Part shown: piece by piece, positions 35,930 to 47,788 of the stretch
Position numbering within the stretch: position 1 is the stretch's first letter
How the letters are laid out: each line of letters begins with the position of its first letter
Assembly (NCBI GenBank): GCA_964291265.2
Contig: OZ219747.1
Location: forward strand, 2,912,001 to 2,976,000
Reading direction: 5' to 3'
Length of the DNA stretch: 64,000 nucleotides
From: Alphaproteobacteria bacterium
GTDB lineage: Bacteria; Pseudomonadota; Alphaproteobacteria; SP197
Translations under genes and position numbers: made by a program
The notes under the pieces: generated by a model
Seen by the model: the letters and a program-made list of their open reading frames with translations, nothing else
Told to the model about the DNA's origin: nothing
Databases searched by the model: none

Positions 35930-36631
35930 ATGCGTTGCGGCATGATCGCCAGAAAGCTCGGAATGAGCAGGATCTTCACCGGAGACGGCGGGCATATCCC
36001 GGTCACCGTTCTCGAGGTTGGTGCGAACCGAGTCGTTGCCCGGCGTTCCGTTGAACGTGACGGGTACACGGCCCTGCAGATCGGCGCGGAAGAGGCGAAG
36101 GTCCGCCACCTGAACCGGCCTCGCCGGGGACACTTCGCCGCAGCCGGCAGCGAACCGTTGCGCAAGCTCGTCGAGTTCCGCGTCAGCGACGAGGCCATGT
36201 TGCCGGTAGGGGCGACACTGTCGGTCGATCACTTCGTGCCCGGTCAGAAGGTCGATGTGACGGGTGTCACCCGTGGCCGCGGTTTTGCCGGCGCCATGAA
36301 GCGACACAATTTCGGCGGCATGCGCGCCACCCATGGCGTGTCGGTTTCCCATCGCGCCCACGGTTCCACGGGCAACAGCCAGGATCCGGGTCGTGTGTGG
36401 AAGGGCAAGAAGATGGCCGGACATATGGGAGACGTGAGGGTCACGGTGCAGAATCTCGAGATCGTCTCGACCGATGCCGGCAAGGGTCTCATCATGGTGA
36501 AGGGTGCCGTACCGGGTGCGCCTTCGGGATGGGTCCTGATTCGCGATGCGGTGAAAGCTCCGCCTGGAGACGATGTGCCCTTCCCCGGCGCCCTTGTCGG
36601 CGATGACGATCAGCCGGACGAACCGTCATGA
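35930..36631 (+). CDS. rplC: 50S ribosomal protein L3
   Basis: [36 protein letters not shown]. Confidence 0.98.
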   Translation: MRCGMIARKLGMSRIFTGDGGHIPVTVLEVGANRVVARRSVERDGYTALQIGAEEAKVRHLNRPRRGHFAAAGSEPLRKLVEFRVSDEAMLPVGATLSVDHFVPGQKVDVTGVTRGRGFAGAMKRHNFGGMRATHGVSVSHRAHGSTGNSQDPGRVWKGKKMAGHMGDVRVTVQNLEIVSTDAGKGLIMVKGAVPGAPSGWVLIRDAVKAPPGDDVPFPGALVGDDDQPDEPS

Positions 36632-37248
36632 AGATCGACCTGCTTTCCTTTGAAGGCGCAGCCGGGGGCGATGTCGAATTGCCCGAGGAGGTGTTCAGCC
36701 TTCCCGTCAGGCCGGACATTCTTGCCCGCGTCGTGCGCTGGCAACTGGCCAGGCGGCGCCAGGGCACGCACATGACGAGGACGACCGGGGAGGTGACGGG
36801 GACCACGGCCAAGTTCCGCCGCCAGAAGGGCGGCGGCACCGCCCGCCATGGCAGCCGCAAGACGAACATCTTCCGTGGCGGCGCCGTGGCCCACGGGCCT
36901 CGTCCCCGCAGCCATGCCCACGCGTTGCCCCGGCGTATCCGCGTCCTGGGACTGAAGACGGCGCTCTCCCTCAAGGTCGAGGAGGGCAAGCTGATCGTGG
37001 TCGACAGCACCCGGCTCAGCGAGGCGAAGACCGGCCATCTGAGGTCCCGCCTGCAGGAGATGGGCATCAGCAATGCGCTCGTCGTCGATGGCAGTGACGT
37101 TGACTCCGGATTCCGGCGTGCCGCCTCGAACATTCCCGGGATCGACGTGTTGCCTTCACGCGGCATCAACGTCCATGACATCCTGCGCCACGACACGCTG
37201 GTCCTGACGACCGATGCCGTGGCGGCGCTGAAGGAACGCCTCCAATGA
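36628..37248 (+). CDS. rplD: 50S ribosomal protein L4
   Basis: [28 protein letters not shown]. Confidence 0.97.
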   Translation: MKIDLLSFEGAAGGDVELPEEVFSLPVRPDILARVVRWQLARRRQGTHMTRTTGEVTGTTAKFRRQKGGGTARHGSRKTNIFRGGAVAHGPRPRSHAHALPRRIRVLGLKTALSLKVEEGKLIVVDSTRLSEAKTGHLRSRLQEMGISNALVVDGSDVDSGFRRAASNIPGIDVLPSRGINVHDILRHDTLVLTTDAVAALKERLQ

Positions 37249-37538
37249 CGCCAGAGAAATGCTACGACATCATTCGCCGACCGGTCATCACGGAAAAGTC
37301 GATGCGGGGCGCCGAATGGAACCAGATCACCTTCCAGGTGGACCGCAGGGCGACCAAGAAGGACATCCGCCAGGCCGTCGAGACCGTCTTCGGCGTGACG
37401 GTCAAGGCAGTGAACACCATGAACCAGCCGGGCAAGGTCAAGAGATTTCGTGGCCACCTGGGCCGTCGCAATGCCGTCAAGAAGGCGGTGGTGACGCTGG
37501 CCGAGGGCGACCGGATTGACGTGACCGGAACACTTTGA
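37245..37538 (+). CDS. rplW: 50S ribosomal protein L23
   Basis: PVITEKS, KKAVVTL. Confidence 0.97.
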   Translation: MTPEKCYDIIRRPVITEKSMRGAEWNQITFQVDRRATKKDIRQAVETVFGVTVKAVNTMNQPGKVKRFRGHLGRRNAVKKAVVTLAEGDRIDVTGTL

Positions 37539-37540
37539 CC

Positions 37541-38374
37541 ATGGCTCTCAGACCCCAGAAACCCGTGACACCGGGCCGACGCGGCCTCGTCCAGGTCGAT
37601 CGCCGCCATCTTCACAAGGGTGCGCCGGTCAAGGAACTGACAGAGGGGCTCAACCGCAAGGGCGGACGCAACGTTCACGGTCGCATCATGACCCGCCGGC
37701 GCGGCGGCGGGCACAAGCGCCGGTATCGCAAGGTCGACTTCCGTCGTGCGCGATTCGATGTTCCGGCGACGGTCGAACGCCTGGAATACGATCCCAATCG
37801 GTCCGCCCACATCGCCCTCGTGCGCTACGAGGACGGCGAACAGTCCTACATTCTCGCTCCCCAGCGCCTGGCAGCCGGTGATCGCGTGGTGTCGGGTGCG
37901 CGGGTGGACATCCAGCCCGGCAACGCGATGCCGCTGCAGAACATTCCGGTGGGTACCGTGGTGCACAACATCGAACTCAAGGCCGGAGCCGGCGGCAGGA
38001 TTGCCCGTTCGGCCGGCGCCTATGCCCAGCTCGTCGGCAAGGACCAGGGATACGCCCAGCTCCGTCTCAAGTCCGGCGAGATGCGCGTGGTGCGCGGCGA
38101 GTGCATGGCCACCATCGGTGCGGTCTCCAATCCCGAACACCAGAATCGCAAGCTCGGCAAGGCCGGCCGGTCGCGCTGGCTTGGCAAGAGGCCCTCGGTG
38201 CGTGGTGTCGTGATGAATCCGGTGGATCATCCCCATGGCGGCGGCGAGGGGCGTACGAGTGGCGGCCGTCATCCCGTGACGCCGTGGGGCAAGCCGACCA
38301 AGGGTGCGCGCACGCGTTCGAAGAAGGCCAGCGACAAGCTGATCATCGCCCGTCGCCACCGCAGAAAACGCTAG
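37541..38374 (+). CDS. rplB: 50S ribosomal protein L2
   Basis: [25 protein letters not shown]. Confidence 0.99.
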   Translation: MALRPQKPVTPGRRGLVQVDRRHLHKGAPVKELTEGLNRKGGRNVHGRIMTRRRGGGHKRRYRKVDFRRARFDVPATVERLEYDPNRSAHIALVRYEDGEQSYILAPQRLAAGDRVVSGARVDIQPGNAMPLQNIPVGTVVHNIELKAGAGGRIARSAGAYAQLVGKDQGYAQLRLKSGEMRVVRGECMATIGAVSNPEHQNRKLGKAGRSRWLGKRPSVRGVVMNPVDHPHGGGEGRTSGGRHPVTPWGKPTKGARTRSKKASDKLIIARRHRRKR

Positions 38375-38384
38375 GAGATCCGAC

Positions 38385-38663
38385 GTGACCCGATCTGTCT
38401 GGAAAGGCCCCTTCGTGGATGGCTATCTGCTCAAGAAGGCCGAGGCCGTGCGCGAGTCCGGGCGCAAGGAAGTCATCAGGACCTGGTCCCGGCGTTCGAC
38501 CATCGTGCCGCAGTTCGTGGGTCTCACCTTCGGCGTCTACAACGGCCGCCGGCACATTCCGGTGCTGGTGACGGAAAACATGGTGGGCCACAAGTTCGGC
38601 GAGTTCTCGCCGACCAGGACCTATCACGGACATGCTGCCGACAAGAAGGCACGGAGAGGCTGA
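38385..38663 (+). CDS. rpsS: 30S ribosomal protein S19
   Basis: [23 protein letters not shown]. Confidence 0.98.
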   Translation: MTRSVWKGPFVDGYLLKKAEAVRESGRKEVIRTWSRRSTIVPQFVGLTFGVYNGRRHIPVLVTENMVGHKFGEFSPTRTYHGHAADKKARRG

Positions 38664-38667
38664 CGCC

Positions 38668-39051
38668 ATGGCAAGACGGCACTCACCGCTCGATCCGCAT
38701 GAGGACAGGGTGCACACCCGGGCCCGTTCCCTGCGGGTCAGCCCGCGCAAGCTCAACGAGGTGGTGGCGCCGATCAGGGGCAAATCCCTTGATGGGGCGC
38801 TCAATGAACTGCTGTATTCCCGCCGCCGTATCGCCGGCGATGTACGCAAGGTGCTGCTGTCGGCCATGGCGAACGCGGAAAACAATCACGGCCTCGATGT
38901 CGACCGTCTGGTCGTCAGCGAGGCCACCGTGGGCCCGGGACTGAAGATGCGCCGATTCCGGCCCGCCGGCCGTGGCCGCGTTCACCCCTATCGCAAGTCG
39001 TTCTCGAATCTGGAGATCGTGCTGTGCGAGACCCAGGAAGGTAAGGACTGA
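38668..39051 (+). CDS. rplV: 50S ribosomal protein L22
   Basis: [17 protein letters not shown]; synteny. Confidence 0.96.
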   Translation: MARRHSPLDPHEDRVHTRARSLRVSPRKLNEVVAPIRGKSLDGALNELLYSRRRIAGDVRKVLLSAMANAENNHGLDVDRLVVSEATVGPGLKMRRFRPAGRGRVHPYRKSFSNLEIVLCETQEGKD

Positions 39052-39052
39052 T

Positions 39053-39742
39053 ATGGGACACAAGGTCAATCCCGTCGGCCTGCGCCTCGGCATCAACCGA
39101 ACGTGGGATTCGCGTTGGTATGCCAGTGGCGCGGACTATGCCCGCATGCTGCACGAGGACCTGGCCATACGCCGCCTGGTGCGCAGCCAGTTGTCGCAGG
39201 CGGGCATCTCGAAGATCGTCGTCGAACGCCAGGCATCCAGGGTGCGGGTGCTGATCCATACGGCCAGGCCCGGCGTCGTCATCGGCACGCGCGGCAAGGG
39301 AATCAAGTCGCTGAGCGAGAGTCTCCAGGCGCTCACCAAAGCGACCGTCGCCGTGAACATCGTCGAGATCCGCAAGCCCGAGGTGGATGCCTACCTGATT
39401 GCCGAGAACATCGCTCAGCAGCTGGAACGGCGTGTTTCGTTCCGCCGCGCCATGAAGCGCGCCGTGCAGTCTGCCATGCGGCTGGGAGCGGAAGGCATTC
39501 GAATCAACGTCGAAGGACGCCTTGGCGGCGCCGAGATTGCCCGTGCGGAATGGTATCGGGAGGGCAGGGTGCCGCTCCATACCCTGCGGGCCGATATCGA
39601 TTTCGGCCGGGTCACGGCCAAGACCGCCTACGGAACACTCGGGGTCAAGGCCTGGGTCTTCAAGGGCGAGGTGTTCACCCACGATCCAGGGGCCCACGAG
39701 CGCCGTGAGACGGAGCTTCACGGCACCCAGGCGAGGATGTAA
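39053..39742 (+). CDS. rpsC: 30S ribosomal protein S3
   Basis: [36 protein letters not shown]. Confidence 0.98.
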   Translation: MGHKVNPVGLRLGINRTWDSRWYASGADYARMLHEDLAIRRLVRSQLSQAGISKIVVERQASRVRVLIHTARPGVVIGTRGKGIKSLSESLQALTKATVAVNIVEIRKPEVDAYLIAENIAQQLERRVSFRRAMKRAVQSAMRLGAEGIRINVEGRLGGAEIARAEWYREGRVPLHTLRADIDFGRVTAKTAYGTLGVKAWVFKGEVFTHDPGAHERRETELHGTQARM

Positions 39743-39747
39743 CGGTC

Positions 39748-40170
39748 ATGCTGTCTCCGAAGAGGACGCGCTACCGCAAGGCGCACAAGGGTCGCATTCA
39801 CGGCCACGCAAAGGGGTACACCAGCCTCAACTTCGGCGCCTACGGCATGAAGGCCCAGGCCGCCGGGCGCATCACGGCGCGCCAGATCGAGGCGTCCAGG
39901 CGCGCCATCACCCGCTATATGAAACGCGCCGGGCGTGTCTGGGTCACCGTGTTCCCCGACGTTCCGGTGTCCACCAAGCCGGCCGAGGTCCGCATGGGCA
40001 AGGGCAAAGGTTCACCGGAGTACTGGATGTGCCGGGTGAAGCCGGGCCGCGTGATGTTCGAACTCGATGGGGTCGACGAAACGACGGCGCGCGAAGCCAT
40101 CAGGCTGGGTGCGGCGAAGCTGCCGATACCGGTGCGCTTCATCCAGCGCCATTCCGGAGGCCCGGCATGA
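39748..40170 (+). CDS. rplP: 50S ribosomal protein L16
   Basis: [20 protein letters not shown]. Confidence 0.98.
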   Translation: MLSPKRTRYRKAHKGRIHGHAKGYTSLNFGAYGMKAQAAGRITARQIEASRRAITRYMKRAGRVWVTVFPDVPVSTKPAEVRMGKGKGSPEYWMCRVKPGRVMFELDGVDETTAREAIRLGAAKLPIPVRFIQRHSGGPA

Positions 40171-40373
40171 AGGCGGTCGACATCAGGGCCATGAGTGCCG
40201 ACGAGAGGAAGGAGCAGCTGTTGTCGCTGAAGAAGGAACTCTTCAACCTGCGCTTCCAGCAAGCCAACGGGCGCGAGGGAAACACGGCGCGTGTCCGGCA
40301 GGTCCGCCGCGACATCGCCCGCATCATGACTGTTGAAGAGCTGTCCCGGATCGACCTTGAGGGAGGAACGTGA
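40167..40373 (+). CDS. rpmC: 50S ribosomal protein L29
   Basis: [19 protein letters not shown]. Confidence 0.95.
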   Translation: MKAVDIRAMSADERKEQLLSLKKELFNLRFQQANGREGNTARVRQVRRDIARIMTVEELSRIDLEGGT

Positions 40374-40376
40374 GCC

Positions 40377-40613
40377 ATGTCGCGACGCACGATGCAGGGA
40401 GTGGTGACAGGGAAGTCCGGTGACAAGACCGTCGTGGTCCGGGTCGACCGGCTGATGAAGCATCCGCTCTACAAGAAGACAATCCGTCGCTCCAAGCGCT
40501 ATCACGTGCACGACGAGACCAACGGGCTCCAGGTCGGTGACAAGGTCCGCATCGGTGAGAGCCGTCCGCTGTCCAGGCTGAAGCGATGGACGGTTCTCGA
40601 GCCCGCCGTCTGA
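40377..40613 (+). CDS. rpsQ: 30S ribosomal protein S17
   Basis: DKTVVV, HPLYKK, ESRPLS. Confidence 0.97.
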   Translation: MSRRTMQGVVTGKSGDKTVVVRVDRLMKHPLYKKTIRRSKRYHVHDETNGLQVGDKVRIGESRPLSRLKRWTVLEPAV

Positions 40614-40641
40614 CCGGCGCGCCTGTTGGGAGAAGTGAGCG

Positions 40642-41025
40642 ATGATCCAGGCTGAAACCAATCTCTTCGTGGCCGACAATTCCGGTGCGAGACGCGTGCA
40701 GTGCATCAAGGTGCTCGGTGGTTCGAAACGAAAGACCGCGAGTGTCGGTGACATCATCGTCGTCACGGTGAAGGACGCCGATCCCCAGTCACCTGACCGC
40801 AGCGCCAAGATCAGGAAGGGTGATGTGGCCCGCGCCGTGATCGTGCGCACCGCCAAGGAAATTCGACGCCCGGACGGCAGCGCCCTGCGCTTCGACCGCA
40901 ACGCGGCGGTGATCATCAACCGGCAGAACGAACCGGTGGGCACCCGCATCTTCGGCCCGGTCACGCGCGAACTGCGTTCCCGCAATTTCATGAAGATCAT
41001 CTCTCTGGCACCCGAGGTGCTCTGA
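40642..41025 (+). CDS. rplN: 50S ribosomal protein L14
   Basis: [26 protein letters not shown]. Confidence 0.98.
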   Translation: MIQAETNLFVADNSGARRVQCIKVLGGSKRKTASVGDIIVVTVKDADPQSPDRSAKIRKGDVARAVIVRTAKEIRRPDGSALRFDRNAAVIINRQNEPVGTRIFGPVTRELRSRNFMKIISLAPEVL

Positions 41026-41342
41026 TGGCTGCAAGGATCAAGCACGGAGATCGCGTGATCGTGCTCACCGGCCGCGACCGGGGTCGGCAGGGCGATGTCC
41101 TCAAGGTCCTGTCACGCGAGGGCCGGGCCATCGTGTCCGGCGTCAATCTGGCGCGGCGCCACACCAGACCGACGGCGCAGGACCCGGGCGGCATCATCAC
41201 CAAGGAACTCGCGATCGATCTTTCCAACCTGGCGGTGGCCGACCCCGTCGACGGCCGGCCGACTCGTGTCGGATTCCGCACCCTGGACGATGGCCGCAAG
41301 GTTCGCGTGGCCAAACGTTCCGGCGAGGTGATTGACGGATGA
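41025..41342 (+). CDS. rplX: 50S ribosomal protein L24
   Basis: [16 protein letters not shown] motif, RVGF. Confidence 0.96.
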   Translation: MAARIKHGDRVIVLTGRDRGRQGDVLKVLSREGRAIVSGVNLARRHTRPTAQDPGGIITKELAIDLSNLAVADPVDGRPTRVGFRTLDDGRKVRVAKRSGEVIDG

Positions 41343-41905
41343 CGGAGAAGAGTGCCATGACCGTGCCGCGTCTCAAGGCGATGTACAACGACACCATCCG
41401 TCCGGCGCTGATGGAGACGTTCGGTTACGCGAACATCCACGCCGTTCCCCGGCTTGACAAGATCGTCCTCAACATGGGAGTGGGCGATGCCGTGCAGGAC
41501 TCGCGGCAGGCGGAGGCCGCCGCCGGGGAACTGACGTTGATTGCCGGGCAGAAGGCGGTCGTCACAAGGGCCTCGCGTTCGGTATCGAACTTCAAGCTGA
41601 GGGAAGGCATGCCTGTCGGGGCGCGGGTCACGCTGCGTGGACGCCGCATGTTCGAGTTCCTCGACCGTCTCGTCACCATCGCCCTGCCCAGGGTTCGCGA
41701 CTTTCGCGGCGTCAGTTCGAAGAGTTTCGATGGCAGGGGCAACTTCGCCATGGGCCTGAAGGAGCAGATCGTGTTTCCGGAGATCGACTATGACCGGGTC
41801 AGCCGCATTCGCGGGCTCGACATTGTCATCTGCACCACAGCCAGGACCAACGATGAGGCCTGGCACTTGCTTGACGGTTTCCGCATGCCATTCACCAGAA
41901 CGTGA
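41339..41905 (+). CDS. rplE: 50S ribosomal protein L5
   Basis: [25 protein letters not shown]; alternative start 41357. Confidence 0.98.
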   Translation: MTEKSAMTVPRLKAMYNDTIRPALMETFGYANIHAVPRLDKIVLNMGVGDAVQDSRQAEAAAGELTLIAGQKAVVTRASRSVSNFKLREGMPVGARVTLRGRRMFEFLDRLVTIALPRVRDFRGVSSKSFDGRGNFAMGLKEQIVFPEIDYDRVSRIRGLDIVICTTARTNDEAWHLLDGFRMPFTRT

Positions 41906-41942
41906 ACAGTCTGTCGAGGACATTCCCGGAGAGAGGACGATC

Positions 41943-42248
41943 ATGGCAAAGAAGAGCGCCATCGAGAGAAACAAGCGGCGAAAGAAGCTCGTCGCCCGCT
42001 TCGCCGGTCGGCGGGCTGCACTCCTCGCCGAGGCGAAGTCGCAGGACCTTCCCGTGGAGGAGCGATTCCAGGCGAGGCTCAAGCTCGCCAAGCTGCCGCG
42101 CAATTCGTCGAAGGTCAGGGTACGCAACCGGTGCGCCGTGACCGGCAGGTCGCGCGGCTACCACCGCCGGTTCGACATGTCCCGGGTGATGCTGCGCGAA
42201 CTGGCCTCCGATGGCCTGATTCCCGGCATGGTCAAGTCAAGCTGGTGA
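41943..42248 (+). CDS. rpsN: 30S ribosomal protein S14 (101-aa type)
   Basis: [27 protein letters not shown]. Confidence 0.97.
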   Translation: MAKKSAIERNKRRKKLVARFAGRRAALLAEAKSQDLPVEERFQARLKLAKLPRNSSKVRVRNRCAVTGRSRGYHRRFDMSRVMLRELASDGLIPGMVKSSW

Positions 42249-42267
42249 GCGAGGTGAGACAAGTGTC

Positions 42268-42666
42268 ATGACGATGACCGATCCTCTGGGCGATATGCTG
42301 GCCCGCATCCGGAACGGGCATATGCGCGGAAAGACGCGCATCAATTGCCCGGCGTCGAAGCTCAAGGAAAACGTGCTCGGCGTCCTCAAGCGCGAGGGTT
42401 ACATACGCGACTGGCGCCGCACCAGCGAGATGCCGTCGCGTCCCGAACTCGTGATCGAGCTCAAGTACTACGAAGGCGAACCGGTAATCCGCGAGATTGG
42501 CAGGGTTTCCACGCCCGGACGCAGGATCTACACAGGTGTGAGGGGCATGCCCAGCGTCTATGGCGGTCTGGGCATCACCATCATGTCGACACCCAGGGGC
42601 GTGATGACCGACGACGAGGCGCGGGCCGCCAATGTGGGCGGCGAAGTGCTCTGCCGCATCTTCTGA
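42268..42666 (+). CDS. rpsH: 30S ribosomal protein S8
   Basis: DPLGDMLARIRN, STPRGVMTD, GGEVLC. Confidence 0.98.
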   Translation: MTMTDPLGDMLARIRNGHMRGKTRINCPASKLKENVLGVLKREGYIRDWRRTSEMPSRPELVIELKYYEGEPVIREIGRVSTPGRRIYTGVRGMPSVYGGLGITIMSTPRGVMTDDEARAANVGGEVLCRIF

Positions 42667-42688
42667 CGCCGGGGAGGAGAAGGAAACC

Positions 42689-43222
42689 ATGTCCCGCATC
42701 GGAAAGAACGCGATCGCCGTGCCCGAGGGAGTGGCCGTCACCGTTGGCGAGTCCTCGATCGAGGTCTCCGGAGCAAGGGGAGCGCTCACCCAGCCCTTCC
42801 TCCCCGAGGTGTCCGTGACTCTGGAGGGGGGCATGCTGGCGGTGACACCGAATTCGTCATCGCGACAGGCAACGGCCCTGTGGGGCACCACGCGCTCCAA
42901 CATCCAGTCCATGGTGACCGGGGTCACCTCGGGCTTCCGCCGCACCCTCGAACTCCAGGGTGTTGGCTACCGGGCACAGAGCCAGGGAGGGACGCTGCGA
43001 CTCCAGGTCGGTTACAGCCACGACATCGAGGTTCCGGTTCCCGATGGCCTCGACGTCGAGTGTCCGAACCAGCAGCAGATCGTCATCAGCGGCATCGACA
43101 AGCAACGCGTCGGTCAGTTCGCCTCCGAGATCAGGCGTCTGCGGCCACCGGAGCCTTACAAGGGCAAGGGAATTCGCTACAGCGGCGAGGTCGTGTTGCG
43201 CAAGGAAGGCAAGAAGAAATAG
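42689..43222 (+). CDS. rplF: 50S ribosomal protein L6
   Basis: [23 protein letters not shown]. Confidence 0.98.
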   Translation: MSRIGKNAIAVPEGVAVTVGESSIEVSGARGALTQPFLPEVSVTLEGGMLAVTPNSSSRQATALWGTTRSNIQSMVTGVTSGFRRTLELQGVGYRAQSQGGTLRLQVGYSHDIEVPVPDGLDVECPNQQQIVISGIDKQRVGQFASEIRRLRPPEPYKGKGIRYSGEVVLRKEGKKK

Positions 43223-43230
43223 GGGCGGCC

Positions 43231-43593
43231 ATGAAGACGTCAAGGGAATTCCAGGCGCGCCGCCGGGCGCGTGCACGTCTCAAGCTGAAGGCACGGGCTG
43301 CCGGTCGGCCGCGGCTCTCTGTCTTCCGCTCGTCACGGAACATCTATGCGCAGGTCATCGAGGACGGCGCCGGGACCACCCTGGCTTCGGCGTCCAGCAT
43401 CGACAGCGGGATCAGGAGCGAGGTCGCGAACGGCGCCACCATCGAGGCGGCGTCGCGTATCGGCAGGCTCATCGCCGAACGCGCCATCGCCGCCGGTGTC
43501 ACCGAGGTGGTCTTTGACAGGGGAGGCTATCGCTATCATGGCCGCGTCAAGGCGCTCGCCGATGCCGCCCGTGAAGGCGGTCTCAAACTCTAG
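43231..43593 (+). CDS. rplR: 50S ribosomal protein L18
   Basis: [21 protein letters not shown]. Confidence 0.98.
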   Translation: MKTSREFQARRRARARLKLKARAAGRPRLSVFRSSRNIYAQVIEDGAGTTLASASSIDSGIRSEVANGATIEAASRIGRLIAERAIAAGVTEVVFDRGGYRYHGRVKALADAAREGGLKL

Positions 43594-43619
43594 AACGCGT
43601 TCTTGGAAGGAACAGGGCA

Positions 43620-44171
43620 ATGGCATCATCGGGTCGTGAACGGGGCGGCGGGCGCCGCGGCAGCGGTGACAACCGCGAGGGAAGCGAGTTTCTCGAGAAA
43701 CTCGTCAGCATCAACCGTGTCGCCAAGGTCGTCAAGGGCGGCCGGCGCTTCGGGTTTGCCGCACTCGTGGTTGTCGGCGACCAGAAGGGCCGCGCCGGTC
43801 ATGGCGCCGGCAAGGCGCGTGAAGTGCCTGAGGCCATCCGCAAGGCGACCGAACAGGCACGCCGCAACATGGTCCGGGTGCCGTTGCGGGAAGGACGCAC
43901 CCTGCATCATGACGTGACCGGACGCTATGGCGCCGGACGCGTGGTCCTGCGTTCCGCACCGCCCGGTACCGGCGTCATCGCCGGTGGACCGATGCGGGCC
44001 GTCTTCGAGGCGCTCGGCGCCCAGGACGTCGTCTGCAAGTCGACCGGCAGCGCCAATCCCCACAACATGGTCAAGGCGACCTTCGATGCGCTGGCGCGGA
44101 CGATGTCACCTCGCCAGGTGGCCGCCAAGCGCAACAAGCCGAATCGCCCGATCCAGGAGTCGAGGGCCTGA
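43620..44171 (+). CDS. rpsE: 30S ribosomal protein S5
   Basis: [22 protein letters not shown]. Confidence 0.98.
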   Translation: MASSGRERGGGRRGSGDNREGSEFLEKLVSINRVAKVVKGGRRFGFAALVVVGDQKGRAGHGAGKAREVPEAIRKATEQARRNMVRVPLREGRTLHHDVTGRYGAGRVVLRSAPPGTGVIAGGPMRAVFEALGAQDVVCKSTGSANPHNMVKATFDALARTMSPRQVAAKRNKPNRPIQESRA

Positions 44172-44383
44172 TGAACAAGGCAGGAACCGGACGCATCAGG
44201 GTCACGCAGACGGGCAGCCCCATCGGCCGCCCGTCGGACCAGCGCCGGACACTCGTCGGCCTGGGCCTGGGGCGCATGTCGAGAACGCGCATCCTCGAGG
44301 ACACGCCGGCTGTGCGCGGCATGCTGAGAAAAGTGCATCACCTTGTGGACTGGGAAGAGATCGGCGGGGACTCCGGCTCATGA
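44171..44383 (+). CDS. rpmD: 50S ribosomal protein L30
   Basis: [21 protein letters not shown]. Confidence 0.95.
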   Translation: MNKAGTGRIRVTQTGSPIGRPSDQRRTLVGLGLGRMSRTRILEDTPAVRGMLRKVHHLVDWEEIGGDSGS

Positions 44384-44841
44384 AACTCAACGAGATCCGT
44401 GACAATCACGGCGCCACCCATGCGCGCAGGCGTCGCGGGCGTGGCATCGGCAGTGGTCTGGGCAAGACAGGCGGGCGTGGCCACAAGGGCCAGAAGTCGC
44501 GGTCCGGTGTCGCTCTGGCCACCTTCGAGGGCGGCCAGATGCCGATCTACAGGCGCCTTCCCATGCGCGGGTTCACGAACCCGTCGCGCAGGCGCTATGC
44601 CGAGGTGACGCTGGAGCGTCTGCAGCGGGCCATCGATTCGGGCAGGCTCGACGCCAGCCAGGCCATCACCGGGGAAACCCTGCGCGAGGCCGGGGTCATC
44701 AGGCGGCTTCGCGACGGCGTCAGTCTCCTGGGTTCTGGTGATCTTGCGGCACGCATCGAGATCACGGTTGCCCGGGTCACGAAATCGGCACGTCGGCAGA
44801 TCGAGGAACGGGGCGGCACCGTCAACGTGACCGCCGGCTGA
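44380..44841 (+). CDS. rplO: 50S ribosomal protein L15
   Basis: [31 protein letters not shown]. Confidence 0.98.
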   Translation: MKLNEIRDNHGATHARRRRGRGIGSGLGKTGGRGHKGQKSRSGVALATFEGGQMPIYRRLPMRGFTNPSRRRYAEVTLERLQRAIDSGRLDASQAITGETLREAGVIRRLRDGVSLLGSGDLAARIEITVARVTKSARRQIEERGGTVNVTAG

Positions 44842-44852
44842 CGGCCAGGGAC

Positions 44853-46199
44853 ATGGCAACCCGTCAGGACCAGTTCGCCGGCCAGCTCAATCTCGGAGCA
44901 CTCGGCAAGGCGACGGAGCTCAGGAAACGCCTCTGGTTCACCCTGGGCGCGCTGGTGGTCTATCGTCTGGGCACCTACATCCCCATTCCCGGGGTCGATC
45001 CCTCGATCCTGGGCGACATCTTCCAGCAGCAGGCCGGCGGCATCCTGTCGATGTTCAACATGTTTGCCGGCGGCGCCCTGGAGCGCATGACGATCTTCGC
45101 GCTCAACGTCATGCCGTACATCTCTGCCGCGATCATCATGCAGTTGATGACGGCGGTCTCGCCGCGTCTCGACCAGCTCAAGAAAGAAGGCGAGACGGGG
45201 CGCAAGACGATGAACCAGTACACCCGCTACCTGACGGTGGCCCTGTGCATCGTCCAGGGCTACGGCATCGCCGTTGGTCTCGAGGCGATGGCGGGGAGCC
45301 AGGGTTCGGCGGTGATGGAACCCGGTCCCTTCTTCCGCTTCACCACGGTCGTGACCCTGCTGGGCGGTACCATGTTCCTGCTGTGGCTTGGCGAGCAGGT
45401 GACTCAGAGGGGTGTCGGCAACGGTGTCTCCCTCATCATATTCGCCGGTATCGTCGCCAGCTTCCCGGGCGCCATCGCCCAGTTGCTGGAACTGGGCCGG
45501 GTCGGCTCCCTTTCAGCGTTCACCATCATGGCGATCCTTGTCGGCGCGGCCCTGATCATCTACTGGATCGTGTGGATGGAGCGCGCTCAGAGACGCATCA
45601 TCGTGCAGTACCCCAAGCGCCAGGTCGGCAACCGCATGTTCGGTGGGGAGAGTTCCTACCTCCCCCTCAAACTCAACACCGCGGGTGTCATTCCCCCCAT
45701 CTTTGCCAGTTCCATCCTTCTGATGCCCGCGACCTTCGCCAGCTTCTCGGCGGTGGGGAGCGGTTCGAGCTGGCTGACGGAAATCACCAGGCTGCTGGGC
45801 CGCGGTGAGCCCCTCTACCTGCTGATCTTCGGCTCGGCGATCGTCTTCTTCTGCTATTTCTACACGGCAGTGGTCTTCAATCCGGCTGATACCGCGGACA
45901 ACCTGAGAAAGAACGGCGGTTTCATTCCGGGCATCAGGCCGGGCAAGAACACCACCGAGTACCTTGATTTCGTGCTCACGAGACTGACCACCGTGGGGGC
46001 GCTCTACCTGGCCCTCGTCTGCCTGCTTCCCGAGTACCTGATCGGCAGCCTTGCCATCCCTGTCTTCCTGGGCGGAACATCGCTGCTGATCTGCGTCACC
46101 GTGACCATGGACACGGTCTCCCAGATCCAGTCCCACCTGCTCGCCCACCAGTACGAGGGACTTATCCGCAAGGCCCGGCTCAAGGGAAGGCGGCGATGA
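44853..46199 (+). CDS. secY: Preprotein translocase subunit SecY
   Basis: MPYISAAII, GVGNGVSLIIFAGI, AGVIPPIFASS, FIPGIRPG. Confidence 0.99.
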   Translation: MATRQDQFAGQLNLGALGKATELRKRLWFTLGALVVYRLGTYIPIPGVDPSILGDIFQQQAGGILSMFNMFAGGALERMTIFALNVMPYISAAIIMQLMTAVSPRLDQLKKEGETGRKTMNQYTRYLTVALCIVQGYGIAVGLEAMAGSQGSAVMEPGPFFRFTTVVTLLGGTMFLLWLGEQVTQRGVGNGVSLIIFAGIVASFPGAIAQLLELGRVGSLSAFTIMAILVGAALIIYWIVWMERAQRRIIVQYPKRQVGNRMFGGESSYLPLKLNTAGVIPPIFASSILLMPATFASFSAVGSGSSWLTEITRLLGRGEPLYLLIFGSAIVFFCYFYTAVVFNPADTADNLRKNGGFIPGIRPGKNTTEYLDFVLTRLTTVGALYLALVCLLPEYLIGSLAIPVFLGGTSLLICVTVTMDTVSQIQSHLLAHQYEGLIRKARLKGRRR

Positions 46200-46882
46200 A
46201 GTTGCTGCTGCTCGGACCTCCGGGGGCCGGCAAGGGGACCCAGGCGCACCGCCTGATGGCACGCTACGACATCCCCCAGCTTGCCACGGGGGACATGTTG
46301 CGCAAGGAGGTAGCCGGCGGCAGCGGACTCGGCCGGTCCGCGGCTCGAATCATGGAAAGGGGTGATCTTGTCGGCGACGACCTCATCATTGCCATGATTG
46401 CGGGACGTATCGACCGGGAGGACTGCCGGAACGGCTTCATCCTGGACGGATTTCCCCGGTCTGCGGCCCAGGCCGAGGCCCTCGACGCCATGCTGTCGTC
46501 GCGTTCGAGTGCTCTCGATCGCGTCATCGAGATCAGTGTCGATGACGACATCCTCGTCAGCCGCATCACCGGACGTTTCACCTGCCGTGCCTGCGGCGCC
46601 GGGTACCACGACATCTTCAAGAAGCCGGCCAAGAGCGGCGTGTGCGATGTCTGCGGTTCCCGGGAATTCGACCGGCGCGCCGATGACAACGAGGAAACGG
46701 TGCGTTCGAGGCTGGCCGTCTACCATCGTCAGACCGCGCCCCTCCTGCCGTACTACGCCTCCCGTGGCATCCTCGTCACGGTTGACGGCATGACGGCCAT
46801 CGACGAGGTGACGGAGCAGATACTGGCGGCGCTTCCGGCGTCGTCGACGATTGACAGAGACGGCGGGCACCCCTTACAATGA
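46196..46882 (+). CDS. adk: Adenylate kinase (long Cys4 zinc-lid type)
   Basis: [21 protein letters not shown]...CDVCG lid, RADD. Confidence 0.97.
   Translation: MKLLLLGPPGAGKGTQAHRLMARYDIPQLATGDMLRKEVAGGSGLGRSAARIMERGDLVGDDLIIAMIAGRIDREDCRNGFILDGFPRSAAQAEALDAMLSSRSSALDRVIEISVDDDILVSRITGRFTCRACGAGYHDIFKKPAKSGVCDVCGSREFDRRADDNEETVRSRLAVYHRQTAPLLPYYASRGILVTVDGMTAIDEVTEQILAALPASSTIDRDGGHPLQ
46851..46880 (+). promoter_or_regulatory. sigma70 promoter of the alpha operon within the adk 3' end
   Basis: TTGACA-N18-TACAAT upstream of rpsM. Confidence 0.6.
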
Positions 46883-46946
46883 TGCCCTTGTCCGGCAATC
46901 GAATTCATCCATATCCCCTTCAGTTACTGGCCAGGGAGAGACGGCT

Positions 46947-47315
46947 TTGGCGCGCATTGCAGGAGTGAACATCCCGACGTCCAAGCGGGTGGAAGTGGCG
47001 CTGACGTACATTCACGGAATCGGCCGCACGAGTGCGCGCCAGATCTGCCGTGCGGCGCAGATACCCGACGCCAGGCGCGTCAATGAACTCACGGACGCGG
47101 AGGTCGTCCAGGTCCGTGAGCTGATCGACCGTGACTATACGGTTGAAGGCGACCTGCGCCGTGACGTGGCCATGAGCATCAAGCGGCTGATGGATCTCGG
47201 ATGCAACCGCGGTATCCGCCACCGCAAGGGACTGCCGGTCCGCGGTCAGAACACCCACAACAATGCGCGAACCCGCAAGGGCAAGGCGCGGCCGGTTGCC
47301 GGCAAGAAGAAGTAG
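46947..47315 (+). CDS. rpsM: 30S ribosomal protein S13
   Basis: TTG start; [18 protein letters not shown]. Confidence 0.97.
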   Translation: MARIAGVNIPTSKRVEVALTYIHGIGRTSARQICRAAQIPDARRVNELTDAEVVQVRELIDRDYTVEGDLRRDVAMSIKRLMDLGCNRGIRHRKGLPVRGQNTHNNARTRKGKARPVAGKKK

Positions 47316-47325
47316 ATTCTCGACA

Positions 47326-47715
47326 ATGGCACGTGAAACGACCCGCGTCAGGCGGCGGGAGAGGAAGAACATCACATCGGGCCTCGCCCATGTGACCGCA
47401 TCCTTCAACAACACCATGATCACCATTACCGATGCCCAGGGCAATGCCATCTCCTGGTCGTCAGCGGGATCCATGGGCTTCAAGGGATCGCGCAAGTCAA
47501 CGCCCTATGCGGCGCAGATGGCTGCCGAAGACGCTGGCCGCAAGGCGCAGGAGCACGGCGTCCAGACTCTGGAAGTCCATGTCAAGGGCCCGGGTTCGGG
47601 GCGCGAATCTGCCCTGCGTGCCCTGTCGGCCATCGGCTTTCAGATCACGGCCATCCAGGACGTGACCCCAATCCCGCATAACGGGTGCCGACCGCGCAAG
47701 CGTCGCCGGGTCTGA
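47326..47715 (+). CDS. rpsK: 30S ribosomal protein S11
   Basis: [26 protein letters not shown]. Confidence 0.98.
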   Translation: MARETTRVRRRERKNITSGLAHVTASFNNTMITITDAQGNAISWSSAGSMGFKGSRKSTPYAAQMAAEDAGRKAQEHGVQTLEVHVKGPGSGRESALRALSAIGFQITAIQDVTPIPHNGCRPRKRRRV

Positions 47716-47788
47716 CCTCTTCCCTGACATCTGTGACCTTGACGGACGCCGCGGCGCGGCAACGCCACCAATGAGGCAATGGAGCACA

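Noticed and set aside
46196-46882. Zinc-lid adenylate kinase as an unusual feature
   Set aside because: Cys4 lids are known in several alphaproteobacterial lineages
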